Source of the DNA: an archaeon | GTDB lineage: Archaea; Iainarchaeota; Iainarchaeia; Iainarchaeales; JAAZKV01 | Direction: 5' to 3' | Assembly (NCBI GenBank): GCA_041661245.1 | Contig: JBAZUY010000002.1 | Coordinates: 178,153 to 242,152 of the forward strand | DNA length: 64,000 nt | Part shown: piece by piece, positions 37,377 to 45,793 of the stretch | Layout: each line of letters starts with the position of its first letter | Numbering within the stretch: the stretch's first letter is position 1 | Notes under the pieces: generated by a model | Told to the model about the DNA's origin: nothing | Databases searched by the model: none | What the model saw: only the letters and a program-made list of their open reading frames with translations | Position numbers and translations under genes: made by a program

Positions 37377-37673
37377 ATGGATCAAAAACTTAAGAGAAAC
37401 CTTTTGATGGGTTTAGTAATATTACTTATTGCAGGAGTATCATTCAGTATTGGATTTACAATGAACTCTACTCCCCCAACAGGATCAATACCAGTTTATT
37501 CAGGAACTGGAGACGTATGGAATCCTTCATCTACTGGAAGTTTAGCTGGAACTCCCCTTGCAGGAATAACAATTAAACCTGACCAAAATGCAATTTGCTT
37601 TCCAACAGAAGTCTCAGAATGTGACAAAAATATTATTTGGGACGGAAACAATCTAATAATTAGCAGTAACTAA
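37377..37673 (+). CDS. membrane-anchored small protein sharing a C-terminal domain with the 37714-38385 protein
   Basis: 98 aa with an N-terminal TM helix. C-terminal PVYSGTGDVW...ITIKPDQNAICF...CDKNI..DGNNL aligns with the C-terminus of the next gene. Confidence 0.5.
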   Translation: MDQKLKRNLLMGLVILLIAGVSFSIGFTMNSTPPTGSIPVYSGTGDVWNPSSTGSLAGTPLAGITIKPDQNAICFPTEVSECDKNIIWDGNNLIISSN

Positions 37674-37713
37674 AAAAAACAAGAATAATTTTTAATTGTG
37701 AGAAAGATTTACC

Positions 37714-38385
37714 ATGCATACTAAAGCACAAGGAACAACTGAATATTTAGTTATTATTGGAGTAGTAGTAGTGCTTGCACTTGTAGTAGTAGGAATATCA
37801 TTTGGACTACTCTCAGGCAGTAGCGATGCTAATGCCAAACAAACAAGATTATTTTGGGCTTCCCAAGAAGTTGCAATCACTGATGCAATAGCTGACTCAG
37901 CAGGAAATGCAACACTTGTAATACGAAATAATACTATTGATTCAATTACAATAAATTATATAATCTCTGACGGAACTAATTCACAAATTGTTTCTTCAGA
38001 TAGAAACACAATATATCGTGGAGAAAAAGGAACTTACAATTTTACTGGATTTGCTGCATGTACTGGGACTACAAAGACCTATGACTTGGCAATTAATTAC
38101 AACTCAGGGTATGGACTTGCAAAAAGCACTTCAACTAATCCGTTGGTAATTGATTGCAGAAGCGGAGCATCCAATTCAGCAAATTTTGATTTCCCCCTAA
38201 TTACAAACCCAATAACTGGAGCATTCCCAGTATACGATGGAACTCAATCAGGGTGGGTTGAATCAGGAAATAATGCTGGAGGAGTAACAATTAATCCTGA
38301 TGCAAATGCATTATGCTTTAATGGAAGTACTTGCGATGCAAACATTTCACAAATAGATGGAAACTTAGTTTTCGCAGTTAATTAA
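37714..38385 (+). CDS. class III signal peptide (pilin-like) protein
   Basis: Starts MHTKAQGTTEYLVIIGVVVVLALVVVG. It shares the pilin-domain motif (AITDAIADSAGNATLVIRNN) with the 20729 and 46440 proteins. Confidence 0.65.
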   Translation: MHTKAQGTTEYLVIIGVVVVLALVVVGISFGLLSGSSDANAKQTRLFWASQEVAITDAIADSAGNATLVIRNNTIDSITINYIISDGTNSQIVSSDRNTIYRGEKGTYNFTGFAACTGTTKTYDLAINYNSGYGLAKSTSTNPLVIDCRSGASNSANFDFPLITNPITGAFPVYDGTQSGWVESGNNAGGVTINPDANALCFNGSTCDANISQIDGNLVFAVN

Positions 38386-38460
38386 CAGAAACTAATTCTA
38401 TAATCTTTTTCCCAAATTCTGACTGCCGGCAAAACTACAGCTCGCCATAAAGTTTACTTT

Positions 38461-39423
38461 ATGGACGCAAGCAAATCCTTGATTTGCTTTGTTGCGTGCG
38501 CCGTGCCTGCACTAGCGCCGGCAAAACACTCTCCAAATGTTTATATGGGGTTAGAAGGAATAGATGTAACATCGGGTTTTGTGATGGAAAAACAATTAAT
38601 TGTCAAATTAACAAAGACTTTTGAAGATTTTGCGCATAAGAAAGACGGCGTTGAATTTTGGTTTGCGAGAGATTTGCAAACTCTTTTAGGGTATGACAAA
38701 TGGGAAAATTTTTCAACAGTTATTGAGAAGGCTAAAGAATCATGCAAGAATTCAGGATTTGACGCAAAGAACCATTTTCCCGACGTTAGGAAAATGGTAG
38801 GGCTTGGATCTGGTTCCGAAAGAGAAATTTTAGATTACACACTAACTCGGTATGCTTGTTATTTAATAGCACAAAACGGAGACCCAAGAAAAGAAGAGAT
38901 TGCTTTTGCGCAAAGTTATTTTGCTATCCAAACAAGAAAACAAGAATTAATTGAACAAAGAATTAAACTCGTTGAAAGAGTACAAGCAAGAAAAAAATTA
39001 ACAGAATCAGAGACAGAACTATCAAAACTCATTTATGAACGAGGAGTTGATGCTGACGGGTTTGCAAGAATTCGAAGCAAAGGAGATTTTGCACTATTTG
39101 GAGGAAATGACACAAACCAAATGAAACAAAAATTAAGTATTCCAAAAAACAGACCATTAGCTGATTTTTTGCCAACTGTAACAATTGCTGCAAAAAACTT
39201 GGCGACAGAGCTAACCAACTTCAATGTAAAACAAAACGATTTGGAAGGAGAAGTAAAAATATCCTCAGAACACATAAAAAATAACAAAGAAATGCGAAAT
39301 GTTTTAGCAAAAAACAAAATTATTCCTGAAAACTTACCTGCTGAAGAAGACCTTAAAAAACTAGAACGAAATGTAAAAAAAGATGAGAAAAAGCTTTACT
39401 CAAAAATAAACAAATCAAAATAA
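38461..39423 (+). CDS. dinD: DNA damage-inducible protein D (DinD)-like protein
   Basis: FEDFAHKKDGVEFWFARDLQTLLGYDKWENFSTVIEKAK matches my recollection of the DinD family. The true start is probably the ATG at 38584 (MEKQLIV...), because the upstream 41 codons are GC-rich and look non-coding. Confidence 0.65.
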   Translation: MDASKSLICFVACAVPALAPAKHSPNVYMGLEGIDVTSGFVMEKQLIVKLTKTFEDFAHKKDGVEFWFARDLQTLLGYDKWENFSTVIEKAKESCKNSGFDAKNHFPDVRKMVGLGSGSEREILDYTLTRYACYLIAQNGDPRKEEIAFAQSYFAIQTRKQELIEQRIKLVERVQARKKLTESETELSKLIYERGVDADGFARIRSKGDFALFGGNDTNQMKQKLSIPKNRPLADFLPTVTIAAKNLATELTNFNVKQNDLEGEVKISSEHIKNNKEMRNVLAKNKIIPENLPAEEDLKKLERNVKKDEKKLYSKINKSK

Positions 39424-40122
39424 TTAATCCTTTTTCTCTTCTTCCACAGGTTTCTTTCTTTTCCAAAGTCCAAATCCATCAAAGATACTGATTTCAAATA
39501 ACAAATACAATGGAAGGAATAATATTGTTTGACCAATTACATCCATTGGAGTGAATGGGCAAAATATTACAAACGCAAATATGGCAACAGCAACCATGGG
39601 CCTTTGTTTTGCTAATTTGTCCCGATTAATCCATCCCTTCTTTATTACATACCTCAACGGAATTGGAAACAAAAAGATTAATCCTGTTCCGAAAGAAACT
39701 GTTAGAATTGTTGTTAAAAGATTTCCATAATCCCAAAGAGAAGTAATTCCAATTGCTTTGTTTAATTCAACAAAATAGGGAACAACAAATTTAGTATAAG
39801 TTACTGCTCCAACAATTATTCCTGCTAAGAATAAAAATAAACCAAAAATAGAAGATTTTATTGCAAATTCTTTTTCTTCCTTATAGAGCGCACCCCACGC
39901 ATAAGACATAAAACTAATTACTGCCAAGGGAGCATACAAAAGTAAACCCGCTAAAACCCCGGTTTCCATTAGAGCCATAAATGAATTAACAGGATTAATA
40001 CTAACTACTTCAACAGATCCAACAAGGGAAACGAGAAACTTAGCTAGGTCCATTGAAAAGAACAAGCCAATGCAAAGCGCTAACACGAGCGCAATTGCAT
40101 TAGCAATTAATAGATTTCGCAC
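39424..40122 (-). CDS. tatC: twin-arginine translocase subunit TatC (short form)
   Basis: 232 aa with six TM helices. The FMALMETGVLAGLLLYAPLAVISFMSYAWGALYKEEKE region matches the conserved TatC TM2-TM3 loop (PGLY..E). Confidence 0.7.
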   Translation of the reverse strand: MRNLLIANAIALVLALCIGLFFSMDLAKFLVSLVGSVEVVSINPVNSFMALMETGVLAGLLLYAPLAVISFMSYAWGALYKEEKEFAIKSSIFGLFLFLAGIIVGAVTYTKFVVPYFVELNKAIGITSLWDYGNLLTTILTVSFGTGLIFLFPIPLRYVIKKGWINRDKLAKQRPMVAVAIFAFVIFCPFTPMDVIGQTILFLPLYLLFEISIFDGFGLWKRKKPVEEEKKD

Positions 40123-40126
40123 AAAA

Positions 40127-40321
40127 TCACTTTTTCTTTGCTTTTGTTTTTACTGCTTTGCCTTCACTAGCGTCAGCAAAAGCTTTCTTTGCTTCACCAA
40201 GTGATTTAGCCCACTCAATTACTTTTGGTGCTCCGAAAAGCAATATTACTGCTAAAACAACTATGATTAGCACTGTGTCTGTTATTCCAAACATTGATAA
40301 TTCCTCCAATAAAACTAACAC
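40127..40321 (-). CDS. tatA: twin-arginine translocase subunit TatA/E
   Basis: MFGITDTVLIIVVLAVILLFGAPKVIEWAKSLGEAKKAF shows the TatA pattern: TM helix, FG hinge, amphipathic helix. The likely start is the ATG at 40294. Confidence 0.7.
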   Translation of the reverse strand: MLVLLEELSMFGITDTVLIIVVLAVILLFGAPKVIEWAKSLGEAKKAFADASEGKAVKTKAKKK

Positions 40322-40359
40322 AAAGTAACTCTTTTCTTATTAAAAAGACTTACCATCAA

Positions 40360-41211
40360 CTATTTCGCAAGAGTGTTATCGTACATTTCTTTTACTTCTG
40401 TTGCACTTAGTGGTCTTCTCCAAATGGATAGATCTTGAATTGAACCAGTAAAATAATTATTTGTATTTACTCCATCAAAGTTTGCCCCAATGTATAATGG
40501 AGAAGTGTTTGTGAAATCTACTCCTTCAACTAAAGAACACAAGTCCTTTTCCACTAGTTTACCATCAATAAATCTCTGGCAATTACCAAAGTGATCTACC
40601 GAATAAACTAAGAAGTGATAATTTGATGCTGTGCTAGGGATACTTGCGTCATACACTACTTTTTCCCCATCAGCTAGTTTTAGAGATACTTCTGAAGATT
40701 GTTTAGTGTAAACTCCAAACCCAACCGAGTTTGTATTTGTATCCATTTTGGATAAGATTGTGGAGTTTTCTTTTGGAGAATATTTTACCCATAAAGCAAT
40801 TGTAAACCCTTGTTTTGGTGCAAAGTTTAACAAAGAATTATTTTCGACTTTAATGTACCCATTCCCATTGAAATTAATTGCTTTCTTTCCCCACATACCA
40901 TCAATATAATTTACTGAAGTTGCTTGTCCGTCCAAACCATTACCGCTTGAATCAAAAGTGTCCCCGTTAAAGTGCCACATTGCGGCTAAACCAGCAGCAA
41001 CATAATTGTCTTTTTCCACTACTTGATTATTAATTGTAACCACATTACTATCTGCTTCAATTGCACCTGAAGAAGTTCTTGGGACAACACTAGGAGTTGG
41101 ATTGAGTAAGAAATTTAGTCCCATAACAAGAACAGCTAATACAATTAGAATAACAAAAGCAATTCCCAAATATTCCAAAATTTTATTCCCAGTAACCTTC
41201 ATACAAACCAC
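40360..41211 (-). CDS. membrane-anchored LamG / concanavalin-like lectin domain protein
   Basis: N-terminal TM helix. WHFNGDTFDSSGNGLDGQ...AINFNGNGYI...FTIALWVK...SIWRRPLSATEV follows the typical LamG-jellyroll pattern. Confidence 0.6.
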   Translation of the reverse strand: MVCMKVTGNKILEYLGIAFVILIVLAVLVMGLNFLLNPTPSVVPRTSSGAIEADSNVVTINNQVVEKDNYVAAGLAAMWHFNGDTFDSSGNGLDGQATSVNYIDGMWGKKAINFNGNGYIKVENNSLLNFAPKQGFTIALWVKYSPKENSTILSKMDTNTNSVGFGVYTKQSSEVSLKLADGEKVVYDASIPSTASNYHFLVYSVDHFGNCQRFIDGKLVEKDLCSLVEGVDFTNTSPLYIGANFDGVNTNNYFTGSIQDLSIWRRPLSATEVKEMYDNTLAK

Positions 41212-41338
41212 TTAAACTAACTTTTAATTTTCTAGACTCTTTAAACTATTAATAACAAACTACTATCCACTTTGTCCACTTGATATAAGTGAATCCAACT
41301 ATAAAAATGTTTTGAGAGAGAAAACCCCCAAAAAATAA

Positions 41339-41809
41339 TCAACTAATTACACTAGTTGATTTAATGCTTGCCCCGGAATTTATCCCGGTCCCTTGTAAAA
41401 CAAAAAACTTAATCGCCATTGCTTTTGGATAACCTGGATAAAGATAAGTATTTCTAAAATGCATTGACGCAACTTTTGGATAATTTGGAGGAACATAATT
41501 ATTCTTGAATTTAATTGCTTTAAACTTTGGCCACCCAAAATTCAAATTTGCATTTGTATGGAAAGCCAAAAGCTTGGGATACCCGGGATAAGTATAGTTG
41601 TTTAGGGTGTTAAACGCCAATAATTTTGGATAGTTTGGAGGAACATAATTATTGTTAATTGCAAAACCTTTGAGAGTTGCGGTTGGGATTAGCCAAAAAT
41701 TCAACGCTTTTACTCTTAACCCTGAACTTTGTGTTTGAAAATTAATTCCTTTAACTTGAGGAGTTCTATCTGTTTGAAAATTAAGCCCTTTTATTGTTGG
41801 ATTAGACAT
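41339..41809 (-). CDS. 9-repeat micro-protein partner (fused triple version of the 3-repeat ORFs)
   Basis: 156 aa with nine units: PTIKGLNF, PQVKGINF, LRVKALNF, ATLKGFAI, PKLLAFNT, PKLLAFHT, PKFKAIKF, PKVASMHF, PKAMAIKF. Confidence 0.6.
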   Translation of the reverse strand: MSNPTIKGLNFQTDRTPQVKGINFQTQSSGLRVKALNFWLIPTATLKGFAINNNYVPPNYPKLLAFNTLNNYTYPGYPKLLAFHTNANLNFGWPKFKAIKFKNNYVPPNYPKVASMHFRNTYLYPGYPKAMAIKFFVLQGTGINSGASIKSTSVIS

Positions 41810-41814
41810 TCAAA

Positions 41815-43134
41815 TCACGCTGAGACATCGTCAGTTCTAAGAGTCAATCTTACTTGAATAAATCTTCCAGAAACTGGAGTTATGGGCATTTCCAATTTTA
41901 CTTCAGTCCAAGCAATAGTTCCATCATCTTGATTAAATGAAGTACCACTACCCCTCACTTCAATTGTTTGGTAATTTGGTTTTGTGTCAGAAGTAGTTGT
42001 ATCAACCATTGTTGTCCCCCAGGTTTGATCAACAGCAAGATTGATTTGTTTAATTGCTTGAACACTTCCAAAATCATATACAGGGGACCAAATTACCCCC
42101 GCCGTTCCACCAATTAACTCAAAAAATCCAGTTGTGCCATTCTTGCCAACATTTCCATCAGGATTATACCATCCTGAATTATCATGCCCTGCATCAGGAA
42201 TAATATTCCAATTACTTTGCGGATCATAAGCTTGTCCTCTTGCGTAACCAAAAGGGATTGCTCCTTGAGTAGATGAAATACTTGAAGCAGTTGTCAAATA
42301 AAATATTTCATTCGCAGGATCAGCAAAATTTGGATTAGCAGAAATACTACTTGCATCAAAACCAACGGCTTGCCAAGCTGCCAAAGTAGCATAAGTGCCC
42401 CCGCCAGTAATCCAACCACTTGTGATTGAATAATAATGATTTTTAATTATTATTGCCGATGCAAGGTTAGCATTTGAAGTGCCTGTCCTAAAGGCATAAG
42501 TACAATTTGAAACAATATTATTCATAAAAACTATCGGGAATGCGGCTTGATTTGCAAAAGTTTGATATAACGCATATCCACAATTGTAAAAGGTGTTATT
42601 TACAACCGTATTAATAACTGTAGAATTATTTGCGGATAAATAAATCGCATAATTTGCTCCACTAAATCCAGAAAACAAACAATTTTGAATTATTGTAGGG
42701 GCAGTGTATACTGTGTTATAAATTGCAGCAGTTTGTCCATTAGAATAAAACTCTACCCCTTGTACTGATAAGGTAGTAAGAACAGGAGTATTCAAATAAA
42801 GCAGATACGACCCAATATGATTCTTTATTATTAATTTTCCACCTGTCGAATAAGGAGCAAAGGATTTGGTTTGTGTCCCTGCAATGTTAATCGTTATTGC
42901 ATTTCCTGAAGCAAGACTTGTCCCATCAAGAATTACAGTCCCATCAAAATAAATTGTTCCATTGAAAGTAGAAGGGATAGTTATTTTTTCATTATACGTC
43001 CCGCTTCCTATCACTAATGCGTCTCCAGTAGTTGTAAGAAGATTTGCCCCTGCTTGAATAGTTAATTTTGCTAGTGCGGCGGTTGTTCCATTGTTTGAAT
43101 CCGAACCGGATTTGTTTACATAATATGTTGCCAT
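41815..43134 (-). CDS. right-handed beta-helix protein, subfamily A (no signal peptide)
   Basis: Starts MATYYVNKSGSDSNNGTTAALAKLTIQAG. C-terminus is ...RFIQVRLTLRTDDVSA. An AGGTGA Shine-Dalgarno sequence and an in-frame TGA lie upstream. Confidence 0.7.
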   Translation of the reverse strand: MATYYVNKSGSDSNNGTTAALAKLTIQAGANLLTTTGDALVIGSGTYNEKITIPSTFNGTIYFDGTVILDGTSLASGNAITINIAGTQTKSFAPYSTGGKLIIKNHIGSYLLYLNTPVLTTLSVQGVEFYSNGQTAAIYNTVYTAPTIIQNCLFSGFSGANYAIYLSANNSTVINTVVNNTFYNCGYALYQTFANQAAFPIVFMNNIVSNCTYAFRTGTSNANLASAIIIKNHYYSITSGWITGGGTYATLAAWQAVGFDASSISANPNFADPANEIFYLTTASSISSTQGAIPFGYARGQAYDPQSNWNIIPDAGHDNSGWYNPDGNVGKNGTTGFFELIGGTAGVIWSPVYDFGSVQAIKQINLAVDQTWGTTMVDTTTSDTKPNYQTIEVRGSGTSFNQDDGTIAWTEVKLEMPITPVSGRFIQVRLTLRTDDVSA

Positions 43135-43151
43135 TTTTCTTTTTCACCTAA

Positions 43152-44456
43152 TTATGCTTGAACATTATTATTTCTTAATGTGATTCTAAATTGAATGTAT
43201 TGCCCTGTAATGGAGGGAGTTATTGTTCCATTGTATCTTACTTCTGTCCAACTTGGAGAAGCATCTCCTTGATTGTATGTTGAGTTACTTACTCTTACTT
43301 CCATTGTTTGTGCATTTGGTTGAGTATCAGTTCCAGTTGTGTCCACCATATTTGTTGGCCAATATTGAACCGTTGCTAAATTTATTCTTGAAAAAGTTGC
43401 TACCCCACTCAAATTATATACTGGCGACCAAAGAACTCCTGCAGTCCCGCCAGAGAGTTCAAAAGATCCTGTTGTTCCACTTTTTGTAATATTTCCGTCG
43501 GGGTTGTACCAACCCGAATTATCTGCCGTGCCCGTAATAATCCACTTTGAATCAGAATCATTTCCTGCCCCTCTTGATAAACCAAAAGGATAAGCTCCAA
43601 CTTTCGGACCCAAAGGAGAAACTGTTTCTAAAAAGAAAACTTCATTTGCAGGATCTGTAAGGGTTGGATCTTCAAAAATACTTCCCTGTTCAAATCCTGC
43701 TACTTGTGCTTGTGCCAGAGTAGTGTATGTGTTAGCAACATTTCTCCAATTTGTAATATTATAAAACTGATTATTAAAAGAAACTAACGTTGCATTTGTA
43801 GCAGATACTTGGTACCAAGCGGTTGTAATATTTGAGAAAATATTATTCCACATGTAGGTTAAATGAGTTTGAGGTGCATAGAATCCAGTTCCACACCCAT
43901 AAAATGTATTATAGTAAATACTACTTGTTGCAGAATATCCACTATTTGATTGAACTGCATAAGTGAATGCTCCGCTAAAAACACAATAACTCATATTTAT
44001 TGCACAAGTTTGTCCTCCCCCACCATAACAAGATACTCCAATAGTATTAGTTGGAGAATACCTAAAAACACAATTGTTCAAATAATAAACTGTAGTTGTA
44101 TTAACCGCTAAATATAACAATGCGGCTCCAACATTATTTTGGAAAATCCATTGACCGCCAGTAGTATATGCTCCAATAGTATACGAGGTTCCTGCTCCCC
44201 CAGACATTTGGAAAAGATACCCACTACCAAATCCACTACCATCTACAATAACTGTTCCGTCAGCATAAAAGTTTCTTAGAGTGGAAGAAGGTCTTTCGTT
44301 GTACAACCCCGAACCCACAATTATTGTGTCTCCGGATGCAGAACCTGTAATCGCTCCGCTAATTGTTAACTTTGGCCCAGTTATTCCACTAACAAAAGTT
44401 TGAGAAGTACCATCATAGGAGTCACTTCCACTTTTGTTTACATATTTTATTGCCAT
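43152..44456 (-). CDS. right-handed beta-helix protein, subfamily A (no signal peptide)
   Basis: Starts MAIKYVNKSGSDSYDGTSQTFVSG. C-terminus is ...QYIQFRITLRNNNVQA. Confidence 0.7.
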   Translation of the reverse strand: MAIKYVNKSGSDSYDGTSQTFVSGITGPKLTISGAITGSASGDTIIVGSGLYNERPSSTLRNFYADGTVIVDGSGFGSGYLFQMSGGAGTSYTIGAYTTGGQWIFQNNVGAALLYLAVNTTTVYYLNNCVFRYSPTNTIGVSCYGGGGQTCAINMSYCVFSGAFTYAVQSNSGYSATSSIYYNTFYGCGTGFYAPQTHLTYMWNNIFSNITTAWYQVSATNATLVSFNNQFYNITNWRNVANTYTTLAQAQVAGFEQGSIFEDPTLTDPANEVFFLETVSPLGPKVGAYPFGLSRGAGNDSDSKWIITGTADNSGWYNPDGNITKSGTTGSFELSGGTAGVLWSPVYNLSGVATFSRINLATVQYWPTNMVDTTGTDTQPNAQTMEVRVSNSTYNQGDASPSWTEVRYNGTITPSITGQYIQFRITLRNNNVQA

Positions 44457-44473
44457 TTTTATTTTTCACCTAA

Positions 44474-45784
44474 TTATGCTTGAACACCATTATTTCTCAT
44501 TGTTAATCTAACTTGGAAATATCTCCCGCTCACTGCAGAGATTGCAACATTGTATTTTACTTCAACCCAACTTATTACTCCATCATTCTGATTAAAAGTA
44601 CTACCACTTGCACGAAGTTCTACGGTTTGATAATTTGGACGAACATCACTTGCAGTTGCATCAACCATATTTGTCGGCCAATATTGAGTAGAAGCTAAAT
44701 CAACTTCAGTCACTGTTACACTATTTCCTAAATCATAAATTGGAGAATATAACACTGCAACATTCCCATTTGTTAACTCAAAGAATCCTGTTGTTCCATT
44801 CTTAGTTGCATTTCCATCCGGATTATACCAACCAGAATTATCTGCGGTCCCAGTAATATTCCAAGTTGAACCAACATCATTTGCTGCACCCAAAGTAAAA
44901 CCAAATGGATACGCTCCAATATCCGCCCCAACAGGAGAAACAACTTTTGGATAAAATATTCCATTCGAGGGGTCAGTTAATTGAGGATCTACTGAAACTG
45001 AGTTTACTTCAAAACCTGCGGCTTGAATCAATGCTAAAGAATCATAGTCTTGATTATAGGGATGCCATTTGGAAACGTTGTACTCATGATTATTAATGGT
45101 AGTTGGCATAAGGGAGGTAGAAAAACTTAAGTACCACGCGTAAGTACAAGTGTGGAGCATATTTTGATAAAAATTATTTTCCATTCTAACAGTCCCATAA
45201 AGAGCATACGTGAGATTATAGAAAGTATTATTGTAAATACTATTAGTACTGCTTGGAGCTTGTCCTTGTCCTCCAACAGCACCAATCCCAGTACCTCCAA
45301 AAGTACTATTAGAAAAAACACAATGGTGTATTGCTAAATAATTATAACCTGCAGTGCCTGCGTAAATACCATACGTATTTCCAAATTGCATATTAAACGT
45401 ACAACTTGAAATGTAAAAATAAGCAACAGTGTTTGTTCCAGTTCCGGCAGAATATATAATGGAGGTACCAATATTATTTTGGAAAACCCACTGCCCCCCA
45501 GTTGAAGCAGCTGCAATAGATAAAGCAAAAGTAGCATTTCCAGACCATGACAGAAGCGGACCAGAAGAAAGAGAATAACCATCCCATATAACAATTCCAT
45601 CCGCTAACAAAGTTGTGGTTTTATTTGCAATAGAACATTTTTCATTATAAAGACCACTCCCGACAATAAGGGTATCATTAGTAGCAAGTAAATTAATTCC
45701 GGCTTGAATAGTCAATTTTGCTAAAGCCGCAGTAGTGCCATTATTTGCATTATCCCCACTTTTGTTTACGTAATATGTTGCCAT
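44474..45784 (-). CDS. right-handed beta-helix protein, subfamily A (no signal peptide)
   Basis: Starts MATYYVNKSGDNANNGTTAALAKLTIQAG. C-terminus is ...RYFQVRLTMRNNGVQA. Confidence 0.7.
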   Translation of the reverse strand: MATYYVNKSGDNANNGTTAALAKLTIQAGINLLATNDTLIVGSGLYNEKCSIANKTTTLLADGIVIWDGYSLSSGPLLSWSGNATFALSIAAASTGGQWVFQNNIGTSIIYSAGTGTNTVAYFYISSCTFNMQFGNTYGIYAGTAGYNYLAIHHCVFSNSTFGGTGIGAVGGQGQAPSSTNSIYNNTFYNLTYALYGTVRMENNFYQNMLHTCTYAWYLSFSTSLMPTTINNHEYNVSKWHPYNQDYDSLALIQAAGFEVNSVSVDPQLTDPSNGIFYPKVVSPVGADIGAYPFGFTLGAANDVGSTWNITGTADNSGWYNPDGNATKNGTTGFFELTNGNVAVLYSPIYDLGNSVTVTEVDLASTQYWPTNMVDATASDVRPNYQTVELRASGSTFNQNDGVISWVEVKYNVAISAVSGRYFQVRLTMRNNGVQA

Positions 45785-45793
45785 TTTTATTTT

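Noticed and set aside
24817-45600. Numerous 60-105-aa alternative-frame ORFs inside the beta-helix genes, for example 24817-25134, 27020-27886, 29642-30040, 31164-31391, 33059-33340, 35678-36286, 43223-43600 and 44513-45600.
   Set aside because: All are nested in long paralogous genes whose reading frames are validated by conservation among 11 copies. The nested translations are Leu/Ile/Gln-rich artefacts of the repetitive codon composition.
29343-45784. A diversity-generating retroelement acting on the variable beta-helix or C-terminal lectin-like domains.
   Set aside because: No reverse-transcriptase ORF is present in the window (no YxDD-containing candidate). I also saw no template/variable repeat pair with adenine-specific mismatches. 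The identical tracts are better explained by gene conversion.
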